A stretch of DNA of 64,000 bases, from contig OZ024746.1 of the NCBI GenBank assembly GCA_964016885.1, forward strand, positions 65,472,001 to 65,536,000, given 5' to 3'. The notes under the pieces were generated by a model. It had not been told where the DNA came from and did not search any database. It worked only from the letters and a program-made list of their open reading frames with translations. Shown here piece after piece: positions 12,901 through 29,199 of the stretch (position 1 is the stretch's first letter; every line of letters starts with the position of its first letter). The stretch comes from Eledone cirrhosa. Lineage: Eukaryota. Made by a program: the position numbers and the translations under genes.

Positions 12901-13084
12901 TATAATTATGAAATAGTGATGAGTATACGAGAGATGATTGCCTATTCTCTTAGTTTATATTGAATTATTTAAAGTGTATGTCATTAAATACTTGTTTCTC
13001 ATTCTGAATTATATTATCTGTATCCATTTCTATTGTCTGAAAAAGCACTTTAAACTGTTACCACATAAATTTTGAAAAACTTCA

Positions 13085-14040
13085 TTCAGTGGAATAACAC
13101 GTGATGACCCCCCCCCCCCAACAGCCCCGACGGACAGAATGGAGAAGGCGTTTCTCCGGAAGACGGCAAGGGAGACGCGCTGGAAAAGCCACTCCAACTC
13201 GCGGGCTCACACCTGCGGCTGGCCAGCGCAGCGCCTATGGTGGTGAGTAGGGAGGTAGCCCTAGAGCCAAGGACACCAGAAATCTCCACTGCCAAGAGTA
13301 CAACCGCAAACCTGTCGGAGAGCGACCGGTATTTGAGGAGTTTGGCCTCCTCAGCCTGAGCTGCAGCAGAACCTGTGTTAGTTACAGACTGCACCAGGTT
13401 GCGGCTGAAACACGTGTCGGTGCAAGTGGCACCCCAGTCGAGGGGTTTTCCACCGTGCACCGGGAAGATGGTCATGCCATCTGGCCTTTTGCCGTCCACT
13501 TGGTCCAGCCCCACCGGATCGAGCTGGGATGGGAAGGCTGCAGCGTCCAAGCCATGCTTTATGACTTCGTTGAGGGCAGCATGGCGTGGATGGCGTCCAG
13601 CACTGTGGTGACAGGAAAGCAGGTGGAGGCCGAAAGAGTTCACGGTGGATCCGCAGCGACATTGGTGTGGCTCACAGATCCGGAGGCCGAGCGTCAAGAA
13701 AACGCCGATGCGCAGGCTATTGTTGTCTAGCTGTGTGCCAGTGAAGAAGGAGGGAAGGGGATGGAGCCAGGCACAACTGTGGGGTTTGGAGTCCGCACGA
13801 AAGCAGGCAAGGGGCGCTGGTCGAGCTGGCCCGTGAGCCTGTCTGAGGCCAGGCTGCACTGGATGGCATCCCAAGTGCTTTGAGGGGATTGACGTCAGTA
13901 AGGGGAGAAGGAGGAGGGTCATCTACTGGGCTAAGTCCCAGCCGGTCCCACGTTTCACAGGCGGCCTCACGTTCTCTGAACACAGAGGGTTCTATTGTGT
14001 TTTGAAGAATCCTGCGGACGAGGACGCGCATGAGGTTAAA
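13085..14040 (-). mobile_element. 5'-truncated, frameshifted CRE-clade non-LTR retrotransposon (restriction-like endonuclease region)
   Basis: GC-rich; ORF 13086-13922 has CRCG...HLLSC, RHAALNEVI, DGKRPDGMTIFP, ATCTDT, AAAQAEEAKLLKY, AVEISGVLG, typical of the CRE C-terminal CCHC and PD-(D/E)xK domain. Confidence 0.8.
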
Positions 14041-14047
14041 GTGTATT

Positions 14048-14887
14048 GGTGGATTGGCAGTATCGGTGGAGGGTCGGACGCCATACTTTCCAGCATAGTT
14101 ATGTCCCTTTACGATCTGAGTTCAAATCTCGCCGAGGTTGACTTTGCCTTTCATCCTTACGGGGTCGATAAAATAAAGTACCAGTAATGCACTGGGTAAT
14201 TGCTGGCCTTGTGCCTAATGTAGAAACAATTATTACATGAAATTATTAAAGTGTTATTTGAAAATAGTTTCGGTTGAATTAAACCCAGTAATGGCCGTCT
14301 GTCATCATTATTACTATTATTATTATTTAGCAGTATCGGTAGAGCATCGGACACCATGATTTGCAGCAATGAGTTACGGCCCTTTACGGTCTGAGTTCAA
14401 ATCCCGCCTAGGTTAACTTTGCCTTTCATCCTGACGGGGTCAATAAAATAAAGCACCAGTAATGTACTGGGGTCGATTTAATCGACTTTTCCCACCCGCC
14501 AAATTACTGGCCTTGTGCCTATACTAGAAATCATTATTATTATTATTAGTGTGGTGAATTGGCAGTATTGATTGAGCGTCGTACACCCTGCTTTGCAGCA
14601 TAGAGTTATAGCCATTTACGGTCTGAGTTCAAATCCCGCCGAGGTTAACTTTACCATTCATCTTTTACGGGCTCGATAAATAAAACACCAGTAATGCACT
14701 GGGGTCGATTTAATCGAATTTCCCTCTTCCCACAAATTGCTGGCTTTGTGCCTATAATAGAAAGAGAAATCATTATTATTTTTATCGCCGAGGTTAACTT
14801 TGCCATTCATCCTTACGGGGTCGATAAAATACAGTACCAGTAATGTACTGGATAATTGCTGGCCTTGTGCCTAAAGTAGAAACAATT
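14048..14887 (+). mobile_element. Cluster of four same-orientation SINE copies (14048-14232, 14330-14533, 14549-14763, truncated 14786-14887)
   Basis: Repeated SINE consensus separated by (TTA)n tails; two copies carry the extra ggggtcgatttaatcga-pyrimidine segment (long form). Confidence 0.85.
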
Positions 14888-16386
14888 ATTATTTTTATTG
14901 ATCGAGAGAGATAAAAGCAACCCGATTTCTGGAAATTAAAAACAAAGGAGTATCGAGGAAAGAAGCTCAATGAGATAAAGTACTCATGCTAGTAGTGTAC
15001 CATTTTAATCTTTTCTCTGATGTTATGATATATTAAATTTTTCTATTCGATGTAATTTCCAATCTTATTGAATCATCATACAGGGATACAGAACACTGAG
15101 CGTTCATTTCAAAATCGTGTTAGAAATCAAAACACGTTACAAAATCAAACGAAGCAATTTACGATTTAAATTAAACAAGTTTCTAAAATAAAACTATCAT
15201 ACCTGAGAAATCAAAGAATATAACATATAGAAAAATCTCTGAAAAAAAAAAAAACAGGAATGCCTCCTCAAAGGGAAGAAAATTCTCATTAATTCTTTAG
15301 AATTTCCTTTGAATGTTTAGATAAATAATCAACCTTATATAAACATTTCCAAGTGCAAACTGTTGGCTTTACAGTAGAGTGTACTGGAAGTTCATTTTAC
15401 TATTGCAAAGAATCATATTTAAAAAATGCTTAAAAATAAACTAATCTCCGGAATAGGAGACGTAAAGATAAACACCTATAATATCATTAGGGAGTATTTT
15501 GGTCGTAAAAAGTCTACGATAATGCAGAATTATATTATAATTACAAATGCTGTTGCATTTTCTTTTCTTCCAGATCCAATGACAATTCCTTAACTATATC
15601 GGAGGGAAAATAATATTTTCAACTAAGAGATAGGAATAGCTGATCAACGAGGACAATATGAAAGAATTAACTTTCTTAAGAATAATCCGACTCTGTGTCA
15701 GCTTTTCCTCGTTTTTTAAAGATGGTTTTAATTTTTGTTCATCGTTTTTGGTATTGTTTCAGTTTTCTTTGCGATTCTGTCGTGCAATGTTTGAATGCAA
15801 TAATAGTCGTTGTCTCTTAAACGTCGTTGTCGAGTTGTTTCCTTTAATTCGTTTTTTTTTTCTTCCGTTTCTTTGTGTAAAATGTCGTCCAGACTAATCT
15901 CATCGTCAGATCATCTTCGTCTATAAGGGGTTCCTCTTCTGAATTGGTTACGAGAGTGTAACATAGCGTCCTGACCTGCAGTATGTTTTGGGTCGTTCCT
16001 GTACATGACATTCTTTTTATATGTCATAGCTTTCACTTATTTGTATTCTTATGGTATGGATTTTGCCGAAGCATCGTAGCTATGTTGTAAAAAAAAGAAA
16101 ATGACCTTGCTTTACAGTTCCGTCCTTCACCATATATAAATATAGTATTAACCCTCTTTGAATTCTCTCTCTCTATGTACAAATATTTTCAAGCTCAATG
16201 TGTTTATGTCATTCTGACAGAAATTCAGTAGAAATGTTAGATTGTTTAAAGAATAGATGAATTCAGTGACATTCAATAATACAGAGCATATAAAACAGAT
16301 GAAATGACAATAGATTTCTTTAAATTAAATGATTTAAAGAAATCTATTTTGTCATCACATTTTGCTCAATATATGTTCAATAAATA

Positions 16387-16632
16387 ATTGTTTCTACTTT
16401 TGGCACAAGGCCAGCAATTATATCAGTGTATTACTGGCACATTATTTTATCGACCCCGTAAGGATGAAAGGCAAAGTTAACCTCGGCGGGATTTGAACTC
16501 AGACCATAAAGGTCCGTAACTCTTTGCTGCAAAGCATGGCGCCCGATCCTCTACCGATACTGCATAAATAATTGTTTCTACTTTAGGCACAAGGCCAGCA
16601 AATTACCCAGTGCATTACTGGTACTTTATTTA
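16387..16632 (-). mobile_element. SINE copy (16387-16564) plus a 3' fragment (16570-16632)
   Basis: Reverse complement of the SINE consensus. Confidence 0.85.
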
Positions 16633-18759
16633 TACTGCATAAATAATGAGAACATTTCAGGAGAGTCATTTATTCTTATTAGTTTACAACATTTGTCTCC
16701 TTCAAAACAATTATCTCTCGCATCTACATGCTTCCCACACCTGGATGAGCTCATACCTGTCCTCTTGAAATGTTGTCATTACTTATTGAACATATCTCGT
16801 ATATATATTTATATAATGAGCGTATTGTTAAGGAGTTTGCTTCGCGTTCGTTCCTTCTGGAAATCTTCTTGGGCAAGTGTCATTTACCATGCCCTGTGAG
16901 CGATATCGAGTAGAAGGAAATTGCTTTGAAGTCATACAAAAGGCCAGCCTTGTCACTTCTTTTGTCAGGCTGATATATTTGGAGGATTACGGTAAATGTA
17001 CACGTGTGTCTATGTCTGTGATATATTTAACAAATGACACTTTATTTTCATGAGCACGCTGTTGTGTTGATCGAACAACTGTTTTATATGTAACGTCGAA
17101 ACTGTGTGTATGAGTATGTGTGTGTGTATATGTGTATGTATGTGATTGAATATGTCAACAAACGAATGGTCGAGTGGCAAATAAATTTTCTTCCAATTAT
17201 GACGCCCTAAGTATATTCTTGCGTGTGGTACGTTGGGATATTTCTAATGAAAGGAACAAACACTTTGCACTGTTGTTAACAACAAATTTATAGTAAAACC
17301 ATTTTCGAACATAAATTAACGAATCTGCATCATATTAAGAGCTCTTGATGCAAATCTTTTGTAGAGTTACATGTTGACAACATTTTTTGACCGACAAAAC
17401 CAGAGATGCGTAGTCAAGTAACGTCAAAATAATTAATCCAACATTTCCGCACAGCACTGCCATTCTTCCTTCATAGGCAGATCTTAAATAATCAAAGCTT
17501 GTATCGATTTTCACGTGACAACGAGTGTTCTTGACTCTCACCCCATGTCCTGACAACTAAAACCCATGTACGACATTCATACCAATGTGGCAACTACTAT
17601 CTTAGCATATCATTATCATATACACTGTCACAAACATTTATACACAGGCACACATGCATACATACACAAATACGTATTACATCTTCGGCATCGTTTAAAA
17701 TGAATTACCTTTAATTTGTCACTCTCTAATGTAAGTGTACGTTCTCATTGTTTACATTGACGAAACATTCAAGAAAAGCCTCGGGAGTTGATTATTTCCT
17801 GATGCGTACAATTGCTACATATGTCAGGATGAATTCAACATAATCCATTATCGCTTTACATGGTTTCTCTTGGCAAAATGTCATGTTCGTATTTTCAGAG
17901 TGATGCCTCTTACATTTCTCAATGCAGCCTCAGGATATACTTGGTTGAGGACCGATTTGAGGTGAATTACTCAGTGATATTCCACCTGATAGAGAAAATA
18001 TTCTTGTGAGAGAATATCGATATTTGTACATTACATTCAATTCCGAGTTAGTTATAACGAATCATGTAATTAGGGTGGTGACAATATGCAGGAAACATTT
18101 ATTAGTTTCGATGATTTGTTGAAGACATATTGAATTAAATTCACCAAATGTTGTATAAAAAACATATTCGCATAACTGATGCATACGCCACGTAGATCCT
18201 CACACAAAACCAGCAATCCACCCATAATATGTGAATCGGGTGAAATTGTGCCAGATAACATTAGACGAAGACCCACTTATATTTCAGCATATTGGACATT
18301 GTTGAAGGTACTACAAATAGTGTAATGAAAATGAACTCTCAATTGCATCATTGGATCGAATATATATATGCATATATATATATATGTAAGTGTATGTATG
18401 CGTATATGTGTGTCTAGAACCGCCTGTTGATATATATGTGCGTAAATTATCACTACCGAAAGAGCATGTACATATGTACATGTATAAATACATACGTGTA
18501 TACATAGATACACGCACGCACACAAACACACACACATATATATATGTATATATATATATTAGAAAGTGAGGTTTTTTTTACAAAATGAAAAATAACCGCG
18601 GTGTCCTACACGAGTGAAAGTATAAAGAAAAAAAGATGTTTTGCAGTTCTTCTGCTTTTCAAAAGTAGAGTTGAGATGGAGGGTCTGGGGTTTTTCTCAT
18701 GAATAAATATATATATATTTGTTTTAAATAAGACTCCAGTGGCTTTTTCGATTTCATCT

Positions 18760-18881
<122 letters not shown>

Positions 18882-20304
18882 GCATACATACATACATACA
18901 AAATACTTACATACACACGCATTAATACTTATATTGCACAAATAATTTATTTATGAATAAAAATATGATCTGACTGAATAAATGTATTGCATAATAGATT
19001 ATAGAGTGCAATTAACTTAATTTTCCTGTAATCCAACAAAATATATTTTGAAATACATTTTCAATCATTTCTATAAGTGAAATTCATTTACTTTGTAATA
19101 AATTAGATTATTGTTATTAAATAAAAATTCCACATTAAGATTAAAAATATATTTCTTCCCTAAGCCATTTACCATTTTCTAATGTAGAGGACTAAGCATT
19201 AAAAGATAATTTTTAAATAGCTCAAATGAACCCCTAGTTAATCTTTTAGAAACTTTACTTTTGAATTTTTGTTATTATAACTATTTATGCTATAGCATTG
19301 TTGGTATTGTTGTTGCTGCAGCTGTTGTTGTTGGTGTTGGCGGTGGTAGTGAAGGGGGTATCTGTGGTGGTGGTGAAGGGGGTATATGTGGTGGTGGTGT
19401 GAGGGTATCTGTGGCGGCGTTGTGGCGTCGTTGGGGCGTTACTGTGGTTGGTTTTCATTTTTACTAATTTATTTATCTCTTTTCAGATGTATTTCAATCA
19501 TACTTGCATTAAGATGAGATATAAAGTAAACCAGTCATATATATGTGGAATGCGGAAATGTAATCAAATTTAAATATCTTGATTTACTATCGGAAATTGA
19601 AGAATATTGAAACGGAAGAATTATACTTTATTTTTGATAATTGATTTATATTATGTAATTGGTTGTTCAACTCAATATTTCCTGAAGTTTAGTATAGAAA
19701 AATATAATACATTCAGACTCTGTGAAGCTGCCATTTAAAATAAACAAATTCTTTGTTTCCTCTCTTTACATTACGTAATATTTCATTCTTTTATTCTATT
19801 TATCTTTTTTAAGATATATACGAGAGATATTTCATAAATCGTAACCAAACGTGGAAACAGTATACATTTGCATATACGCAATATTGTAATATACAATTAT
19901 GAAAACACGATACCTTCCTTCCAGCTATAACCGAGCTAATGTACTCATTAAGGTGCAACCAACAGAAAACATGTTGACAATCATGTGAAGATAATTTCTT
20001 TGGGAATGGTGCAAAAATATCGAATGATTTTATGCGGTCTTTGAGAGAAATACTTGACAACGATCATAGATCTTAAGGGAAAAATATTTCAGCGTGAAAA
20101 ATTATGTACTTGAAAGACACAGCTTGTTATCAAACAATCAAACATTTTACCGATATCAGATTTTTTATGCAAATAATATCTGGTATAGATTTATTACCTA
20201 AATTGCCAAATGGATATATCGTAATTTCAACTGAAGATTCTTAAGCATGTAATCTTATCACATCTACAGCATTGTGCAGCTGGCAATGCAATGATATGAG
20301 TACA

Positions 20305-20356
<52 letters not shown>

Positions 20357-20472
20357 CAATAATAATCAATTTGAAGGCTAAAATCCAAAGAGAGCTCGAT
20401 AAGGAAAAATATATATTTGGACCACGAAACTAATGTTAGCCCTAACATGTTAAGTGTATGAAACTTTATTTA

Positions 20473-20519
<47 letters not shown>

Positions 20520-20527
<8 letters not shown>

Positions 20528-22670
20528 AAAATGGAACGGGAACAAAACAGAGAGGCAGTACAAACAAAGATTTATTAGTTTCACGCTCTTGAGAGGGGGG
20601 GGGGGGCGCACGTTTCGGGCATAAGCCCTTCTTCAGGCGAAAAGTGGGTGGGAAGAGAGTGCCGAGGGTGTGTGGGAGAGTGGAGAGACATTTAGAAAAA
20701 TGTGGGAGGGGGGAAGGGTTGAAGTGGTACAAATAAAAAAAAATATTAATAAAAATAAACATGAAGATAAACAAGTCGTGGAAGGGTGTGGGGTGTGTAG
20801 GGGTGGTGGCGGGTGGAGGTGGGGAGAAGGAGGCGTGGTGTCTGAGCGGGGAGGGCTGAAGGTGTGTATGTGTGTAGGTGTACGTGTGTGTGTGTGTGTG
20901 TATGTGAATGTGAGAGTTGGGGGAAGAACGAGGTTCCGTGTTCAGGAAAAGGTGTGTGTGGGGGGGGGGGGTGTAGATCGGTGTGTGTGTGCGTGTGGAT
21001 GTGGATGGGTCGGAGGGGTGGTGGAGGGGGGCGGAGAGGATTCCGGAGGCTGAGTGTGTATATATGTGGGGGGTACGCACGTGTGTGTTGGTCTTTATAC
21101 GTTTTGTGGATGTAGGTGGCGTGGTTCGAAAAAACTTTTGTGAGTGTATGTCCGTGGGTAAGTTCCTAAGGTAGTTCCGTAGAGGATGTGAAGAGGTGCC
21201 GGATATTTTCCATGATATAGAGTGGAGAGTGGGAACGATGGCCAATGGTGTGTAATCCGTGGTTGTGGTAGTCGGAAGAAGGGAGATGCGGGGTGCGCGC
21301 TCAACAGGAAGTGGTCAGAGGGTCAAAGCAGGAGAAGACTTAGCAGCAGTAGAAGAAGATGGCAGGTGGAGAAAGTCAGTGTGTGCGGAGGTGCGGTGGA
21401 CAGGGGAGAGGATGGGTAGGTGTGAAAGGTAGATTGGGGAAGTGGTCATGCGGCGGGATGGGGTGTGTATTAGTAGAGGTGTTAGTGGAATGTGTGTGTG
21501 TGTGTGTGTGAATGGGTGTGAGTGGAGCGGGGAGAGGGAGAGAAAAGGTGTGGGGGACGTTGGAGGGAGAGTAGTGTACTGGGGTGTGTGTGCGTGTTTG
21601 GATGAGTGTGTGTGTGGTGAAGGGTGTGTTAGTGGGTGTTAGTATATTGGTGGGGGGGGGGGGTTGAATGCGGGTGTGTTAGTGGGGGTCAGTGGTGGTA
21701 GAGTGTTTAGAGTGGGTGGTGTAAGTGGGTGTGGGTGGGTGCGTGTGTACGTGTGCGTGGGGTCGGGGGGATGTTCTCGGGTGAGGGTCGTGGCTCCAAT
21801 ACAGTCGTCGATGTAACGACCGTACAGTTCGGGCGTGGGGCCGGTGTACTGGCAAAGATTTGGGCCTCAACATGACCAACGAAAAGGTTGGCATAGTTTG
21901 GGCCCATACTCGTGCCAATGGCTACTCCCGTGACCTGTTGGTAAAACTCACTCGAGAAGGAGAAGCAGTTGAGAGTGAGGACCAGCTCGGCGAGGCGAAG
22001 GAGGATGGGGTTGGAGGGTATGGGGGAGGGGCGAAGGTCGAGGTAGTGCTTGAGGGCACGTAGGCCGTCGGCGTGGGAGATGACAGTATAAAGCGACTTG
22101 ATATCTAGGGTGAAAAGGAGGGGCTGTGGGTCGGATGGGAAAGTGAAGGAGTCGAATAGACGAAGGGCGTGGTTGATGTCGGAGATATGGGAGGAGAGGG
22201 TGGTGTCGAGGGAGGCGAGGGTGGTGTCAAGAAAGCCGGAGATGAGTTCGGTGGGGTAGTTGCATGCGGAGACGACGGGGCAGCCGGGGTTGTCAGGTTT
22301 GTGGAGTTTGGGGAGGAAGTAGATAGTAGGGGTGCGGGGGTGCGGACGATGAGGTGGGAAGCGGTGGGAGGGAGGAGGGAGGAGGAGACAAGGTGTTGGA
22401 TGGTGGAGGAAACTTGTTGTTGGTAGAGGGATGTGGGGTCCGAGGGTAGAGGGCGGTAGAAGAGGGGGTTACGTAGCTGCCTGAGGGCTTCGGTTGTGTA
22501 GAGGTCAGCGCGCCACACCACCACGGCGCCTCCCTTGTCCGCCGGTTTGACGACGATGTCATCTCGGCTACGGAGGGAACGCAGAGCGAGGAGTTCGCCC
22601 CGTGAATTCTTATGGACCGGTGGCGGAAGTCGAAGCGATTTACTGCGCTACGGCAGGTGTCGAGCATATT
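20520..22670 (-). mobile_element. Decayed Penelope-like element (RT remnant, low-complexity 3' part, pseudo-LTR with HHR motif)
   Basis: Frameshifted RT motifs [45 protein letters not shown]; HHR-like CTGAAGA-A-GGGC-TTAT-GCCC-GAAACGT on minus at ~20608-20637; ends at (TA)n. Confidence 0.85.
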
Positions 22671-22731
22671 TCACTAAATCTTTCTTCTTTCTCTCACACA
22701 CACACACTCTCTCTCTCTGTATATATATATA

Positions 22732-22846
<115 letters not shown>

Positions 22847-22925
22847 ATATATATATATATATATCTATATATTTATTCTCTCCCTCTCTCTCTCACACAC
22901 ACTTTCTCTGTATATATATATATAT

Positions 22926-24692
<1,767 letters not shown>

Positions 24693-25589
24693 CATATGTG
24701 TATTTCTGTGTTTGAAGAGAAAGAAAGTAAGTGAAAGAAATAATAAAGAAGATAATTAGATAATGATATCCTGAATCTCGTGATATGAAAGTGTTTTTTA
24801 GTTCCATGCAAGGACGGGTGTGAAATATGCATGGGAAATTTGTGCTTCTTAATCAACATTACCAAGCAGTTCTATTATCAAACATGTAATTTAGCATCTT
24901 AAGCAACAGTACCCTGGATTCTTGTCTCTAAGATTTCGTTTTCGATAGTAAATTAAGGATTTAACAGGTATGATTTGTTTTCATCCTATTAGTATTGAGC
25001 TGCTTGTATATGTATTGAGCTATCAGACCAAATTCTTGAAAATCATTAGCAATTTATTTTCTACCTCAGATTCCAGCGAATTTGTTGGATAATATCACCT
25101 TCATTTACATCTTAATTAGCTCCTAATGATGCTAATGGAAATGCAAATGCATCGTAAGCCTCAAGGTTGACCAAATGCAGAAGCATGGTTTCTCATCGTG
25201 AAGTGAATGACATATAAATGACATTTCTCATATATGGGATAGTTCTCAATCGAAAGTAATACACCCAGTTGATCTATTGGCTATTCTTAAATAGAGCTAG
25301 AACAACCTAAAGATAACTTTGACCTGCTCATTCAACTGACTAGAAATTTATGCCTCAAATCACGTCTAATCTCTTGTGAATGAATAGTTTACATGGCTTC
25401 ATATTATGCTAATTTGAACTAAAATTATGATATGATGACGGAAGGACTCCCAATGATAAGAAGTCTTTTTAATCAGAAAATACCTAGAAAAAAAACAGAA
25501 AAAAAACAGCAACAGCAGCATCAACATGACAAAGTGAGATAGTGTAGAAATATGGAAAAATATTAATTCAAGATAAACACTACAAACTC

Positions 25590-26700
25590 TACAGTGTCCA
25601 TGACCTTCAAAGGCCTTCCATGACCGAACTGTGGCATAGCGTTAAGGCCCCACTCATTTCGGAAAGACATGAGCAAAAAGGGACTTTCAATGAACTGACG
25701 CTATAGGAATGAAGGACTAGTCATACTAGTATGTGTGAAGGTTGTGGATAGGGGTTGACACATGGAGAAAGAGAAACAAGTGAATCGGAAGAGTCTGAAG
25801 ATGCCGTCTTTCCGATTTTTGTCCTTTCGCAACGAGTGCTGTTTTGTGACTTTAAGCGAGGTTAAGCATTATGAGAGAGCGAGGGTTCTAGTTGGGTGAT
25901 ACTCATGCTTATACAAGGTGGTGTGTAAAGATTTTGTGCTATTTTAGTTTGTTTCTTTCTGCTTTGGAGAGAAACGAGATTGGTATAATTCCATAGACGA
26001 ATATAGCTTCAAAGGTTTTGATCGTGATATCAGTGCAAGCTTGCGTGGTATGGGATGTGTGATTAAATACGTTTGATAACTCGTCGCAGAATATTATGGA
26101 AGAATGAAGGGAATTATCATCTGTCTACGAGTGTGAATTGTAAAAGATGATAACTATTATAACTTTAATATAGACAATTAAGAGTGCTGGAAATAACATC
26201 GAAACCTATTGGTACCCAAGTAGATAGCATATGGGACACACAGATTAAAATGAGCACACCGCGATAGCGTGTTCTGTTAGGAAGTTACTGATACATGATA
26301 TGACAGACGGGTGAAAGTCGGGATTCTGGGCACAACAACAATATTTTCAACAGTTAACGTCCACTAACGAGTGAAATAGGAGAGTATGTGTTCATCAGAT
26401 TTGGCTTTATAGAGATGTATTTGTGATAATTTAGTAGTGAGAATGATTGAAGGTGGTGAAAAATATAATTATTAATGACTGTCACCATTACATTGTAAAT
26501 ATTGGAAATAATTGTGACAGTTGACACAGTCCGAGTGCCTCTCCTTCTTGCGTTTCCAAATTCCGAGTATATCTTTATGGAGAGTGAGAGGTTGAAACAT
26601 TTGGTGATTACCAAGTGTACAACTAAGGCACAGTGAGGATAATAGAAGTGACAATGTCATATATGGTACTCTTGTTGGTTTAAAGTTAGTGGAGGTAATT
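25590..26700 (-). mobile_element. Highly decayed CR1/Jockey-group LINE RT remnant
   Basis: ITKCFNLSLS...IISNIYNVMVTVINNYIFHHLQSFSLLNYHKY resembles the LFNLSL...ISKVME.IIN..L..HL....LL.D.QYGF region of RT. Confidence 0.45.
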
Positions 26701-26835
26701 TTGCACTAGGTTGGCTTATATATGCATGAGATAATCAATACTATTATCGTTTGTATTTCTATATCTGTAACGATCTCCTAAGAAGTGTGAGCAAATGTGC
26801 AATACTCCCACATGCTTTAAGTCTCTTAACATATT

Positions 26836-27019
26836 TGTTTCTACTTTAGGCACAAGGCCAGCAATTACCCAGTTCATCACTGGTACTTTATTTTATCGAC
26901 CCCGTAAGGATGAAAGGCAAAGTCAACCTCGGCGGGATTTGAACTCAGATCGTAAAGGGACGTAACTATGCTGGAAAGCATGGTATCCGACCCTCTACCG
27001 ATACTGCCAATCCACCGCC
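26836..27019 (-). mobile_element. Full-length SINE with 16-bp TSD
   Basis: agtctcttaacatatt at 26820-26835 and 27020-27035 flanks the SINE consensus. Confidence 0.92.
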
Positions 27020-27125
27020 AGTCTCTTAACATATTATCTGTCAATTGGAGATTTCAATCATTATATATATATATAAATAAAAAGTATAGAAATGATTATA
27101 CATATATATATATATATGGGCGCGC

Positions 27126-27208
<83 letters not shown>

Positions 27209-27281
27209 GGTATGTGTGTATCTGTATGTATCAACGTGTGTGTTACTCTGTCCATGGTGAATATCATATATATATTTACAG

Positions 27282-27433
<152 letters not shown>

Positions 27434-28154
27434 GTTTCTTAAAATAATCTAACCTCGATGCCAATCTCAATACCCATTAAATATATAATGGAATCTATTA
27501 TTTACGTGACACTTATAAGTGGAAAAATATTATAGATGAATGCCAAGTAAGGCGTACAAGTTATATAAATTTTGTAAAGGATTTCAACCTCTAATGTGCA
27601 ATAAATACAATGCCCAGAAATATTTCAGATTTTATTACGAGTGATTACTGTTAAACTTACGTGAAAAGAAATATAAGCCATTAATTGAATACAATTGATG
27701 AGATGTCCCAAAAGCAGATACCGATACCTGCTGAATATTCTATCCGATTAAATACTTACACAAAATACATGGTTACCAAAATACACATTCTCCCTCAAAA
27801 CTGTGAATGTAAAATAGCTATCCGATATAAATAACAAGAGTGTTCTTGTAAAGCATTACAATTTTGACAATAATGTCTTGTTATCAAACAAAAACATAAA
27901 CTATACCATAACAATCTACCAAAATGTCCCTCTAATACTACGGATTAATGTTAGAGAATTGAATTAACATACTTAAGAGAACGAGATATGCATTCAAGCA
28001 ATATAACTGACACTTAAAAAACCATATCTAACATTTAACATGACCTGAGAAAATACAGATTCCCAAATATACATCTATAATCTGAATCACGATGTGTTAG
28101 TACAGTATATAGAATCTTGTGTGCCATTATTCCATGTCATGCTTCCTCCCGAAG

Positions 28155-28255
28155 ACGGCGAATTGACGGAATCGTTAGAACGTCGGATAGTTCAAAACCG
28201 GCCGAGGTCAACTTTGCCTTTCATCCCTTCGAGGTCGTTAAATAAAGTACCAGTC
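28155..28255 (+). mobile_element. Decayed, internally deleted SINE
   Basis: gttcaaaacc..gccgaggtcaactttgcctttcatcccttcgaggtcgttaaataaagtaccag. Confidence 0.7.
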
Positions 28256-29199
28256 TATATCTCTCTCATTTCTTCTCTCTCACTTTTTATCTTTCGCTGT
28301 AAGAAATCTTCTGTATTCAGGTTCCGCCAGGCTTAAAATGCCCAAGAAACGCTGAATGTCAATGCGTCACACCTACGACTATACCAGGAGTTACGGTACC
28401 ATACATATATACATTACCTACTGACAGAAGGAAAAGAAGCCATGGAAAGGAGACCATGTTCACTTGTGAGTACACCAAGCCATTATATCTGAAGCTACAA
28501 TAAAACGCAGTTTGGGACATACAAGTGATACATATACAGTGATACATATACTTGTTTTAGTTACCTCTACAATATATTGTTCAACAAATGCCACAAATCA
28601 TGATGATTACAAGATTGATGACATTTAAGAACAATACTCAAATGAATCTATTTCTATAGATCTTATTGAATATTAATCATATATAATCAACTGATAAGAA
28701 AATCGGTAGGATGCTGGACAAAATGTATGCAGTATTTGATACGTATCGAATTCGAATCTCTACACGTTTAAACTTTGTGGTCAATAAAATAATAATCAGT
28801 TAATGTTTTGATCAATTATCTCAACACCACTTCTCACCTGTAATTGAAAGCTAAATGTCGAAGTTAAAAAATCATTCATTATAAAATCCTATAAGAGGAT
28901 GTTCATAAAATAATACAGTAAAGAAATATATAAATTAAGTTAGTTATTTTATTGCCGTGTGGTGTTATTCGTATTCGTAATGGAACTAGCCAAAGTATAA
29001 GACATTCATCTTATTCATGCAGCTTTTCATTGTGTTCACCAGTTTCTCTTTTTAGTTCTGTCATGTACATGAATAAAATATATAAATTTATTTGTCTGGT
29101 TCGTTAAAATTAATATTTACTTCTCCCCAGTAACGGATTTACCTGTGATAATAAGTTGAATGTTGTATATATTGATATATTATTTCTATTTGTTTTTAT

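Noticed and set aside
12860-12910. SINE mobilised by the Dong element
   Set aside because: The SINE 3' end shows no similarity to Dong 3' UTRs, and its tail is (TTA)n on the sense strand rather than (TAA)n.
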